16,353 nucleotides of DNA from a bacterium (GTDB lineage: Bacteria > UBA10199 > 2-02-FULL-44-16 > DYJF01): positions 1 through 16,353 of the forward strand of contig JBGSNL010000058.1 in the NCBI GenBank assembly GCA_041739675.1, written 5' to 3'. The translations under genes and the position numbers were made by a program. Below the pieces are notes generated by a model, which was not told the origin of the DNA, searched no databases, and saw nothing but the letters and a program-made list of their open reading frames with translations. Positions 8,376-16,233 of the stretch are shown piece after piece. The stretch's first letter is position 1. Every line of letters starts with the position of its first letter.

Positions 8376-9461
8376 ATGGCGCACGCAGGCATCTCCTGCC
8401 GGAAATACGACGACTTTATGAGGCTCGTGGACAAGGGGCTAGACCACCGCCGTATTCCTTTGGGCGGCGGAATGGAGCTGACCGAGCGGTGCAATCTGAA
8501 CTGCGTCCACTGCTGCATCAACAAGGGGGCCTGCGACGCCGATGCGAAATCGAGAGAACTCACCGCCGCGGAGTGGTTCAAGATAATAGATGACGCGGCA
8601 AGGCGAGAGTGTCTGTGGTTCCAGATCACCGGCGGCGAGCCGCTCCTGAGGCCGGACTTTGCAGATATTTATCTCCACGCCAAAAAAAGAGGGATGCTCG
8701 TCTCCGTTTACACGAATGCAACGTTGATAGACGAAAAAATCTCGGATCTTTTTGCGGAATTTCCGCCGCACAGGGTGGAGATAAGCGTTTACGGCGCGAC
8801 AAAAGAGACCTACGAACGAGTGACGCGCGTGAAAGGGTCATATGAGAAGTGCATGAAAGGGATAGAACTCCTTTCAAAACGTGAAGTCCCCATCAAGATA
8901 AAGACAATGGCGATGACGTTGAACCGCCATGAGATCGGGGGACTCAAAAAGTTAGCCGAAAAGCTGGGCGCCGAATTTCAGTTTGATCCTCTCATCACAT
9001 CGCGCTATGATGGCAGCCACGCTCCGAGAGCCGTGTGGCTTTCGCCCGAAGAGATAGTGGCGCTTGACAAAGCGGATCCGGAACGCGCGAAGGCCCTTGA
9101 ATCGCTCTGTGAAAGATCGCTTGGACCGCCTCCGGAAGAATTGCTTTACCCTTGCGAAATGGGGAGGTTCAGTTTCCATGTGGACGCATACGGCAACCTG
9201 ATGCCGTGCCTTTCGGTGAGAACGGTCAAATACGATCTGAGGAAGGGAACGTTCGACGACGGCTTTGACAATTTTTTTGCCCAAGTCTTAAAGACAAAAA
9301 AGACATTGAAAACAAAATGTGACGTTTGCGACCTCAGGGTTCTCTGCTATCAGTGCCCGGCATGGTCTGAGACGGAACATGGCGATAATGAGACTCCCGT
9401 AGAGTATCTGTGCGATGTTTCAAGGGCCCGCCGGGAGGCCTTTTCAACGAAGGGGGAATGA
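8376..9461 (+). CDS. Radical SAM / SPASM-domain enzyme (probable peptide maturase)
   Basis: CNLNCVHC (CxxxCxxC), TGGEPLLR, YTNAT; SPASM cysteines C-x12-G-x4-C and C-x2-C-x5-C-x2-C-x18-C. Confidence 0.93.
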   Translation: MAHAGISCRKYDDFMRLVDKGLDHRRIPLGGGMELTERCNLNCVHCCINKGACDADAKSRELTAAEWFKIIDDAARRECLWFQITGGEPLLRPDFADIYLHAKKRGMLVSVYTNATLIDEKISDLFAEFPPHRVEISVYGATKETYERVTRVKGSYEKCMKGIELLSKREVPIKIKTMAMTLNRHEIGGLKKLAEKLGAEFQFDPLITSRYDGSHAPRAVWLSPEEIVALDKADPERAKALESLCERSLGPPPEELLYPCEMGRFSFHVDAYGNLMPCLSVRTVKYDLRKGTFDDGFDNFFAQVLKTKKTLKTKCDVCDLRVLCYQCPAWSETEHGDNETPVEYLCDVSRARREAFSTKGE

Positions 9462-9462
9462 A

Positions 9463-9642
9463 ATGGAAAAGAAAAAAAAATACACCAAGCCCGCCGTAAA
9501 GAAAATCAGGCTCGTTCCTGAAGAGGCGGTGCTTGCGGGGTGTAAGACGAAGCCCGGGCTCTCAAGGGCGGCCGGCGCATGGGGCCACTGTAACAAGGGA
9601 GGGCCGCACGGAACACGCTGTGTCCACAATTCCATCTCATAG
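9463..9642 (+). CDS. Putative RiPP precursor peptide, 59 aa: MEKKKKYTKPAVKKIRLVPEEAVLAGCKTKPGLSRAAGAWGHCNKGGPHGTRCVHNSIS
   Basis: ATG lies 1 nt after the rSAM stop and is preceded by AAGGGGG; the ORF ends 1 nt before the next ATG. Basic leader with YxxPxV (RRE-binding-like motif) and a Gly/Cys/His-rich core. It is the C-terminal part of track ORF 9415..9642. Confidence 0.85.
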   Translation: MEKKKKYTKPAVKKIRLVPEEAVLAGCKTKPGLSRAAGAWGHCNKGGPHGTRCVHNSIS

Positions 9643-9643
9643 C

Positions 9644-10522
9644 ATGGGCCAGACGATTTCGCTCCATAGGACGCGAATGAGAATCGGCGGCGCCGTCGTC
9701 GATATTTCGTGCGCGGACGCCGGAAAGCATTTTCATATCGAAAATGATTACCGGCGTTTTTTTACGGACGAAGGACCCGATATTCGCATCTCTGTTCATT
9801 ACGGAAATTTGCCGGAGTCTGATCATCGGGATCTGCTCTTTTCGACCGGCATCACTTGGGACATGTTTGAAGAGGATGAAAAATATGTGCTCCGTGTCGG
9901 GTACAAGATTGCCGGCGAATTCGTGGTGCAGAGAATGGCTGTCGCCGCCCGTGATTTCAAGTCGGGCGACATCTATCTGGGCGAAACGGCCGACGGAGTC
10001 TTCCCCTATCCGTGGAACTATCCGTTAGACGAGCTCTTCATGATCAATTATCTGTCGCTGAACGAAGGGGCCCTCATTCACTCCTGTGGCGTGGAACGAA
10101 ACGGCGGGGCAATGGTATTCGCGGGCGTTTCGGGCGCGGGGAAGAGCACGCTTTCAAAATTGTGGATGAAACATCGAAATGCCCGTGTGCTTAGCGACGA
10201 CCGCATTATTGTACAGAAGGCGGCTGGAAACTTCATGGCCTATGGCACCCCATGGCACGGCGACGCCAACATCTGTTCTGCCGGCAGCTCTCCCGTACGC
10301 AAACTTTTTCTCATCGGTCACGGCAAGAAAAATGAAGTGAGAAGACTCAAGAAGAGCGAGATTGTCTCCACACTGCTCGTTCGGAGCTTCGCCCCCTACT
10401 GGAGCTCTGAAGGCACTGCGAATACGATCCGCGTCTTCGACGAACTTTTGGATCAGGTTGACGCCTTCGAGCTCAAGTTTGTGCCGGATGAATCCGCAAT
10501 CGAATTCATCGAAAGCCTGTGA
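9644..10522 (+). CDS. HPr-kinase-related P-loop protein (putative peptide kinase, ScmC/PadeK-like)
   Basis: LIHSCGV, Walker A GVSGAGKST, VLSDDR, AYGTPWHG. Start reassigned to ATG 9644, in frame with track ORF 9533..10522. Confidence 0.8.
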   Translation: MGQTISLHRTRMRIGGAVVDISCADAGKHFHIENDYRRFFTDEGPDIRISVHYGNLPESDHRDLLFSTGITWDMFEEDEKYVLRVGYKIAGEFVVQRMAVAARDFKSGDIYLGETADGVFPYPWNYPLDELFMINYLSLNEGALIHSCGVERNGGAMVFAGVSGAGKSTLSKLWMKHRNARVLSDDRIIVQKAAGNFMAYGTPWHGDANICSAGSSPVRKLFLIGHGKKNEVRRLKKSEIVSTLLVRSFAPYWSSEGTANTIRVFDELLDQVDAFELKFVPDESAIEFIESL

Positions 10523-10965
10523 GGAACGCAATGCCCCACCGGAAGAGCGCTGACTTTTTGACCACGGCCCATTCCATTTTGTCTTCCGGCGGCCTCGTCT
10601 CATTTCCCGCAAAGGGTTTCAGCATGCAGCCCGCAATAATGGACGGCGATGTGCTGGAAGCAGCGCCGGTAGCGTACCCTAATCTGAAAAAGGGTGACGT
10701 TCTTCTCTATGAAGACGAAGAAGGGAAGGCTGTCGTCCACCGCCTGATGGGAAAGGCGGGAAGAGGGGGCATGCTTACACTGAAGGGGGACGCGATGGTC
10801 TCCTTCGACAGGCCGGTTCCGGCGGACAGAATTCTGGCGAGGATCGTTGCAATTGAGAGAGCCGGGCGTAGAATAAATCTCGATTCATTTTACGTACGGC
10901 TGGTCAACGTCTTCAGATTTCATCCGCTGGTGAGAAAACTATGCAGATCCATAAGGCCGCAATAG
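10519..10965 (+). CDS. Soluble S24/S26-family peptidase (putative leader peptidase)
   Basis: KGFSMQP (catalytic Ser), GDVLLY, VVHRL (His base), TLKGDA; no N-terminal membrane anchor. Start is GTG 10519 (GTGA overlap) or ATG 10531. Confidence 0.85.
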   Translation: MRNAMPHRKSADFLTTAHSILSSGGLVSFPAKGFSMQPAIMDGDVLEAAPVAYPNLKKGDVLLYEDEEGKAVVHRLMGKAGRGGMLTLKGDAMVSFDRPVPADRILARIVAIERAGRRINLDSFYVRLVNVFRFHPLVRKLCRSIRPQ

Positions 10966-12053
10966 AGTTGCTTGGCGATGCGCGCGACGACTATCAGTTC
11001 ATAGACGCCTGCCGCAGACACGGCATACTCTCTCTTCTTTATCGCGCGCAGGCGAGAGATCCCGCACTGGCCTCGTTGCTTTCGCCAGCCGTGAAAGAAG
11101 AATCGGAACGCTCCTACTATGCTATCGCCATGAGCAATCTAAAGCGCAGGGAGGAGATGGCTCAGGTTCTCGAGGCCATGGGACAGGCCGGCATCGATAT
11201 TATCGTGCTCAAGGGAATGGCGTTGATGTCCATTTATTACAGGGATGAGGGCCTCCGGCCGATGAGCGATATCGATCTTTTCATAAAAAGAGAGGATGCC
11301 GATAAGGCCGCCGCCGCGCTTTCAAAACTGGACTACCAGCTCTTCGATGCGGCAAGGCAGCCGCTGTTAAAAGAGCTCTCCCACGGTCTTCAATTCGGAA
11401 GGGAGGGGGAATTTCTTCTTGAGCTCGCCTGGGATCTCGTCAGCCTCGACCGCATGAAAAAAATAGTAACGGTCGACGCGGCCGATCTGTGGCGGTTCTC
11501 GGACGAATACAGTGCGGAACCGGTTGCAATCAGGGCGCTCGTCCCTGAGTTTCAGATACTGACTCTGGGGCTCCATTATTTTCTCCACGGCTTTTCGCGC
11601 CTCATCTGGCTTTGCGATATTGCGCAGGTGATAGATCAGTCGGGCGAAAAAATCGATTGGGATCTCGTCTCTGCAAAGGCCATTCGGTACAAAATCAAAA
11701 ATATCACGTGGTTCGTCTTGAAGATGGCGGCGGAAATATTGGATGCATCGATTCCCGAAGATGTCGCCAGAAAACTCTGCCCGGGTGTTGCGAGGCGGAA
11801 GGTCATCGAAAAACTTATCGGACGGCGCGAACTGGTATCAGCGCCGAGGGGAAGAGACGAGTCGAAGCGTTACGCTTCGGAGATTGCCCTCATGGACGGA
11901 ATTTTCACCGACGCCAGGCTCTCTTCCAATATCCTCTTTCCCGGCAGGGCATGGATCGTCAACCATTATAATCTCGCCGGCGAGAAAAATATCTGGTCGA
12001 AGAGAATAGCCCACCCGTTTGTCATGATCAAAGATGCCGTGAAGAGATTCTGA
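10941..12053 (+). CDS. Nucleotidyltransferase family protein (NTP_transf_5-like)
   Basis: IIVLKGMAL...LRPMSDIDLFI (KG and DxD motifs), RLIWLCDI, IDW; overlaps the peptidase gene. Confidence 0.87.
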   Translation: MQIHKAAIELLGDARDDYQFIDACRRHGILSLLYRAQARDPALASLLSPAVKEESERSYYAIAMSNLKRREEMAQVLEAMGQAGIDIIVLKGMALMSIYYRDEGLRPMSDIDLFIKREDADKAAAALSKLDYQLFDAARQPLLKELSHGLQFGREGEFLLELAWDLVSLDRMKKIVTVDAADLWRFSDEYSAEPVAIRALVPEFQILTLGLHYFLHGFSRLIWLCDIAQVIDQSGEKIDWDLVSAKAIRYKIKNITWFVLKMAAEILDASIPEDVARKLCPGVARRKVIEKLIGRRELVSAPRGRDESKRYASEIALMDGIFTDARLSSNILFPGRAWIVNHYNLAGEKNIWSKRIAHPFVMIKDAVKRF

Positions 12054-12464
12054 TTACTTTGCCGGCGCAGGCGCGCCTTCGGGGAGGGCCTGCGGCGCCG
12101 GTGAGGCTTCAGGTGTGGTCGTGAGCCCCGGAGATACATATCTTCCGTCAGTTTTCACATCCGAAGGGTAATACTGGCCGGACGATTTGACCTCGGGCCC
12201 GTAGTAGCTTCCAGGCGATTTCTCAGGTGCTGTCTGCAATTCCGCCCCACCGGTGGGATACGGCGTCACCAGGCCCTTCTCCGGTTTACTTTCCTTTTCC
12301 GAAAGGGGCGATGTGCCCGCCGGGGAGACGACCTGTCCCAGACCTGTAGTGTAAGGCGCGGTAGGAGCTGCGCCGCCCACGATTTCACCTACACTCGCAC
12401 CACGCTGCGCCGCCGCCGGCAACGACAGGACCAAAAACGCAATGATAAGAATTACGCGTTTCAT
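12054..12464 (-). CDS. Small exported Pro/Gly/Thr-rich hypothetical protein
   Basis: Signal peptide MKRVILIIAFLVLSLPAAA|Q; low-complexity mature region with three imperfect 11-aa repeats; fills the gap between the + strand genes. Confidence 0.75.
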   Translation of the reverse strand: MKRVILIIAFLVLSLPAAAQRGASVGEIVGGAAPTAPYTTGLGQVVSPAGTSPLSEKESKPEKGLVTPYPTGGAELQTAPEKSPGSYYGPEVKSSGQYYPSDVKTDGRYVSPGLTTTPEASPAPQALPEGAPAPAK

Positions 12465-12558
12465 ACATTAAAAGAATAACACCAGAGCCGGCCGTTTAAA
12501 ACTATTATCTTGTCAAATCGCCGGCGGACAATTATATATTGATTTCGCGAGGTTACAA

Positions 12559-13479
12559 ATGAAAATCCTTGTCACGGGCGGTGCAGGTTTCATTGCTTCC
12601 AACGTAGCCGACGAGTACATAAAACTGGGCCACGAGGTCATTGTTGTCGACGACTTAAGCGTCGGCAAGAAGGAAAACGTGAACCCCAGGTGCAAATTTT
12701 ATAAGGCGGATGTCTCCGCTTCTGCGTTTCCCGAAATCATCCTCAAAGAAAAACCGGAACTCATCAATCATCACGCGGCACAAATAGACGTCCGAAAATC
12801 CGTTGAGGATCCGTCCTTTGACGCGCGGGTGAACATCATCGGCATGATAAACCTCTGCCATGCGGCGGTTAAGGCGGGCACAAAAAAGGTGATTTTTGCC
12901 TCGTCGGGCGGCGTTCTCTACGGAGAGGTCCCGGGCAAAGGGGCGGCGGAAGATTCAGCGATACGGCCGATGTGCCCGTACGGTCTCAGCAAATATGCGG
13001 CGGAAACCTATTTGAAGTATTACGGTTCGGAACGCGGCTTGAGTTACACGATTCTCCGCTATGCCAACGTCTACGGCCCGAGGCAGGTGGCAGGCGAGGC
13101 GGGAGTGGTGGCGATTTTCTTGAGGGCGATGCTGGGCGGGAAACCCACGGTCATTTTCGGTGACGGATGCCAGGAGCGCGATTTCATATTTGTGGGTGAC
13201 GTCGTGAGGGCGAACGTTCTTTCGCTTGATCGTGCCGAAAACGAAACGATCAACATCGGTACCGGCGTTGCGGTCTCCGTGAACGCGATTCATAAAATCC
13301 TTTCGGAGCTGACGGGTTCTAAGGCCGAAAAAAAATACGCGCCGGGACGCGAAGGCGAGTTGAGAAGGAGCGTTCTTTCAAACGCGACCGCCGCGGCGAA
13401 GCTTGGCTGGAAACCGACCGTCGATCTTGAAAAAGGTTTGGTTCTAACCTGTGACCGGTTCAGGGAAACGAATTATTGA
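12559..13479 (+). CDS. NAD-dependent epimerase/dehydratase (UDP-glucose 4-epimerase-like extended SDR)
   Basis: TGGAGFIAS, HHAAQIDVRKSV, FASSGG, catalytic YGLSK (YxxxK), LRYANVYGPRQ, RDFIFVGDV. Confidence 0.92.
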   Translation: MKILVTGGAGFIASNVADEYIKLGHEVIVVDDLSVGKKENVNPRCKFYKADVSASAFPEIILKEKPELINHHAAQIDVRKSVEDPSFDARVNIIGMINLCHAAVKAGTKKVIFASSGGVLYGEVPGKGAAEDSAIRPMCPYGLSKYAAETYLKYYGSERGLSYTILRYANVYGPRQVAGEAGVVAIFLRAMLGGKPTVIFGDGCQERDFIFVGDVVRANVLSLDRAENETINIGTGVAVSVNAIHKILSELTGSKAEKKYAPGREGELRRSVLSNATAAAKLGWKPTVDLEKGLVLTCDRFRETNY

Positions 13480-13504
13480 TTTCAAGTCACCTAAGTGCTA
13501 ATTT
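13476..13504 (+). promoter_or_regulatory. Possible sigma70-type promoter for the HD-GYP gene
   Basis: TTGATT (13476-13481), 17 nt spacer, TAATTT (13499-13504) with a TGn extension; AGGAG RBS at 13514-13518. Pattern match only. Confidence 0.3.
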
Positions 13505-13524
13505 TCCTGCTTTAGGAGAATGTT

Positions 13525-14643
13525 TTGGTCAAATTCAGCTCCATAATGAAGGGCACGCAGGAGCAGGAAGAAAAGAAGGAACTGTCAAAGAAGACGGAGC
13601 CTGCCCGGGAGATATCTGCGCCTCCGTTCGAAAAAGCACAGTGGCCTCCGATTCCAAAACAGACACCCGAAGAGCAGAAAAAGGTCTCTTTGCCCCAGGA
13701 TGCGGCTTTCGAGACGGACATTGTCGGAACTTCTGCATGGAAACTCTATCAACAGGTCGTAGATTTCATGCGATCCGTAGTGACCAGGATAGGTGCCAAC
13801 GAGAAGATCCGGCGTGAGGAGTTTGTCGACCACGTCAGGAGTCTTGCTGAGGAGATATCGCACAACAAAGAACACTTTGTGTCGATCATCACGGCAGAGA
13901 CGCCGGACAACTACATCATCGGCCATCAGGTTGACGTCTGTATTCTGGCAATTCAGATGGGGATCGAGCTGGGGTACGGCGACGAGAAGCTTCTGGAGCT
14001 GGGATGCGGCGCCCTCATTTTCGATATCGGGATGCTCAAAGTTTTAGACATAGTGAAACAGCAGAAGAAGCTGGGAGAGAACGAGCTCGATGAAGTGCGA
14101 AGGCACCCTGAGTACGGCGCCGCAATATTGAAACAATTGACCGACATGCCGCAGTCGGTCATCGACATCGCCCTCCAGCATCACGAGCGCCCGGACGGGA
14201 AGGGGTATCCGCGGGGTCTCAAGGGCCGTGAAATATCGGAATTTTCAAAAATAATTTCCATCGCCGACGTGTATATCGCACTCACCCATTCAAGGCCCGA
14301 GCGAAGGCGTCTTTCTCCGCACGACGCGATAAAAGAGCTCCTCCAAAACGCGCGCTATTTTTCGCCGACCGTCTTGAGATCGCTTCTAAGTGTTATATCG
14401 ATCTATCCGATAGGCACATGGGTAGAGCTCAATTCCCACGATATAGGCAGGGTCGTGAGGCTCAACGCCGGCCAGGCGCTCAGGCCAGCAGTGGAGCTTG
14501 TTTGCGACCATCACGGTCAGCCCCTCGAAAAGAGAAGCGTTGTCGACCTGATGGAAAACCCGCAGCTCTATATCACAAGCGTCGTGGACAATGCGAACAT
14601 CGAGAAGTGGGGTCTGGAAAAGCTGGTTGCCTCAAAAGCTTGA
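13525..14643 (+). CDS. HD-GYP domain protein with degenerate HD motif (FD)
   Basis: HQVDV, LIFDIGM (canonical LLHDIGK), HPEYG, HHERPDGKGYPRG, IADVY, and C-terminal YPIGTWVELN; TTG start with AGGAG 6 nt upstream. Confidence 0.88.
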   Translation: MVKFSSIMKGTQEQEEKKELSKKTEPAREISAPPFEKAQWPPIPKQTPEEQKKVSLPQDAAFETDIVGTSAWKLYQQVVDFMRSVVTRIGANEKIRREEFVDHVRSLAEEISHNKEHFVSIITAETPDNYIIGHQVDVCILAIQMGIELGYGDEKLLELGCGALIFDIGMLKVLDIVKQQKKLGENELDEVRRHPEYGAAILKQLTDMPQSVIDIALQHHERPDGKGYPRGLKGREISEFSKIISIADVYIALTHSRPERRRLSPHDAIKELLQNARYFSPTVLRSLLSVISIYPIGTWVELNSHDIGRVVRLNAGQALRPAVELVCDHHGQPLEKRSVVDLMENPQLYITSVVDNANIEKWGLEKLVASKA

Positions 14644-14708
14644 CTTCCCGCAGCCATCTGATTTAATGCCACAAATTCAGGAAGGGTCAACCAATCAAAG
14701 GAGGAGCT

Positions 14709-16160
14709 ATGGGGTCCGAGAACAAGAAGACGAAAGAGATCTTGACGTGCTTCGAAGAGCTTTCAAAAGTTCCCCGCTCTTCAAAAGGCGAGGCGAAAAT
14801 TCGCAGCTGGCTTGAGGACTGGGCACGAAAAAATAATTTTCAGTCGAAGGCAGACAAGGCCGGCAATATCGTGATCAAAGTTCCAGCATCCAAAGGATAT
14901 GAGAAGGCGCCGACCGTCGTGCTGCAGGGACATTTGGACATGGTCTGCGAAAAAACGCCCGACTCGAAACACGATTTTTCAAAAGATCCCATAAAGTTTG
15001 TGTACGACGGCGAATGGCTTCACGCCGATAAGACGACTCTGGGCGCTGACAACGGAATCGCCATCGCTATGGCCCTTGTCGTTGCCACGGACAAGGAAAT
15101 TTCTCGCCCGGCGCTGGAGCTTCTTTTCACGGTTGATGAAGAGACGGGTCTAACGGGAGCGAACGCTCTTGAGCCCGGTTTTATAGACGGCAAATATCTT
15201 TTGAATCTGGATTCCGAGGATGAGGGGACCTTCACCGTCGGATGCGCCGGCGGTCTCAACACTATTTCAAGATTTCCGCTTGAATTCGAAAATTTACCTT
15301 CGGGCTACAAATGCGCAAAGATCAACGCCGGCGGGATGAGGGGCGGCCACTCGGGCGTAGACATCCACACGTGGAGGGCTAACGCCATCGTCGTTCTGGC
15401 CAGGGCGGTTGCGAGTCTTTCTCAAAAAAACGATTTGAGGATCGCCGATATAGTCGGCGGCTCCGCGCATAACGCGATTCCCAGGGACGCGACAGTCACG
15501 GTTGCGATCAAGGACAGTGACTATGACAAGGTGACAAAGGCCCTTTCAGAATTCGAAAAGACGGTGAAAAGGGAGTTCAAAAATACTGATCCGGAGCTCG
15601 CCCTTACGATCAAACAGGAAAACAATGTCCCCCAGAAGACACTGACGGCAAATTCCACGAAGAAGGCCGTGAACGTTATTCTGGCGCTGCCGCACGGTGT
15701 GACGGCTATGTCGACCGATATCGAAAAGCTGGTCGAGACCTCAAACAACCTGGCGAACGTGAAGATCGAAAATCAGAAATTGGAAATTCTCACGAGTCAG
15801 CGGAGCTCTCTGGTTTCAAGGCTCCACTATATCACCGATAAGATTTGGGCGGTGACAAGAGTGGCCGGAGGGGAGTCCGTCAACGAGGGCGGATATCCGC
15901 CGTGGCCCGTCAATATGGAATCGCCGCTTCTCGCGAAGTGCGTGAATCTTTATGAAAAGAAGTTCGGCAAGAAGCCGGTCGTAGAGGCGATCCACGCCGG
16001 GCTTGAATGCGGCATTATAGGCGACAAGTACGAGGGTATGGATATGATTTCATTCGGACCGACGATGAAAAACGTCCACTCTCCCGATGAAAAGCTCTTT
16101 GTTCCCTCCATTGAAAAGGTGTGGGATTTCACGGTGGAGCTCCTTCGTTCATTTAAATAG
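14709..16160 (+). CDS. pepD: Aminoacyl-histidine dipeptidase (peptidase D, M20C)
   Basis: LQGHLDMVCEK, TTLGADNGI, FTVDEETGL, NLDSED, GGHSG, HNAIPR, IHAGLECG, SFGP, HSPDE; GAGGAG RBS. Confidence 0.95.
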   Translation: MGSENKKTKEILTCFEELSKVPRSSKGEAKIRSWLEDWARKNNFQSKADKAGNIVIKVPASKGYEKAPTVVLQGHLDMVCEKTPDSKHDFSKDPIKFVYDGEWLHADKTTLGADNGIAIAMALVVATDKEISRPALELLFTVDEETGLTGANALEPGFIDGKYLLNLDSEDEGTFTVGCAGGLNTISRFPLEFENLPSGYKCAKINAGGMRGGHSGVDIHTWRANAIVVLARAVASLSQKNDLRIADIVGGSAHNAIPRDATVTVAIKDSDYDKVTKALSEFEKTVKREFKNTDPELALTIKQENNVPQKTLTANSTKKAVNVILALPHGVTAMSTDIEKLVETSNNLANVKIENQKLEILTSQRSSLVSRLHYITDKIWAVTRVAGGESVNEGGYPPWPVNMESPLLAKCVNLYEKKFGKKPVVEAIHAGLECGIIGDKYEGMDMISFGPTMKNVHSPDEKLFVPSIEKVWDFTVELLRSFK

Positions 16161-16175
16161 GCCGATTTTGGCGAC

Positions 16176-16212
16176 AAGGCCGCGCAATTTTCGAGTTGCG
16201 CGGCCTTTTTTT
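16176..16212 (+). terminator. Rho-independent terminator of pepD
   Basis: GGCCGCGCAA (16178-16187) pairs perfectly with TTGCGCGGCC (16196-16205) around a TTCG-containing loop, followed by T7. Confidence 0.9.
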
Positions 16213-16233
16213 ATCGAAATTTGTTTGTTTTTC

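Noticed and set aside
7817..9461. PQQ biosynthesis (pqqD/pqqE) assignment
   Set aside because: No pqqB or pqqC in the window, and the small ORF lacks the PqqA ExxxY motif.
9415..9462. 75-aa version of the precursor ORF
   Set aside because: It overlaps the rSAM 3' end; ATG 9463 has an RBS and gives a typical leader start.
9472..9480. A9 run as a phase-variation site
   Set aside because: It is explained by consecutive Lys codons, and the frame is intact.
9532..9543. LAGC in the small ORF looks like a lipoprotein lipobox
   Set aside because: The preceding sequence (KKIRLVPEEAV) is charged and has no hydrophobic h-region, so it is not a signal peptidase II signal.
9533..9643. N-terminal extension of the kinase ORF (track start 9533)
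   Set aside because: It would overlap the precursor core in another frame; ATG 9644 directly after the precursor stop is more parsimonious.
9463..12053. Lasso peptide cluster
   Set aside because: No asparagine-synthetase-like cyclase or transglutaminase-like peptidase in the window, no Thr at -2, and no Asp/Glu in the core.
12494..12516. Perfect TTGACA on the - strand (12511-12516) as promoter of the small secreted gene
   Set aside because: No -10-like hexamer at 16-18 nt spacing (the sequence there is GC-rich, GGCCGG).
136..16177. Numerous short antisense and alternative-frame ORFs in the track (e.g. 3945..4526 -, 5778..6317 -, 7240..7776 -, 13476..13817 +)
   Set aside because: They overlap well-supported genes and show no recognisable motifs, so they are treated as shadow ORFs.
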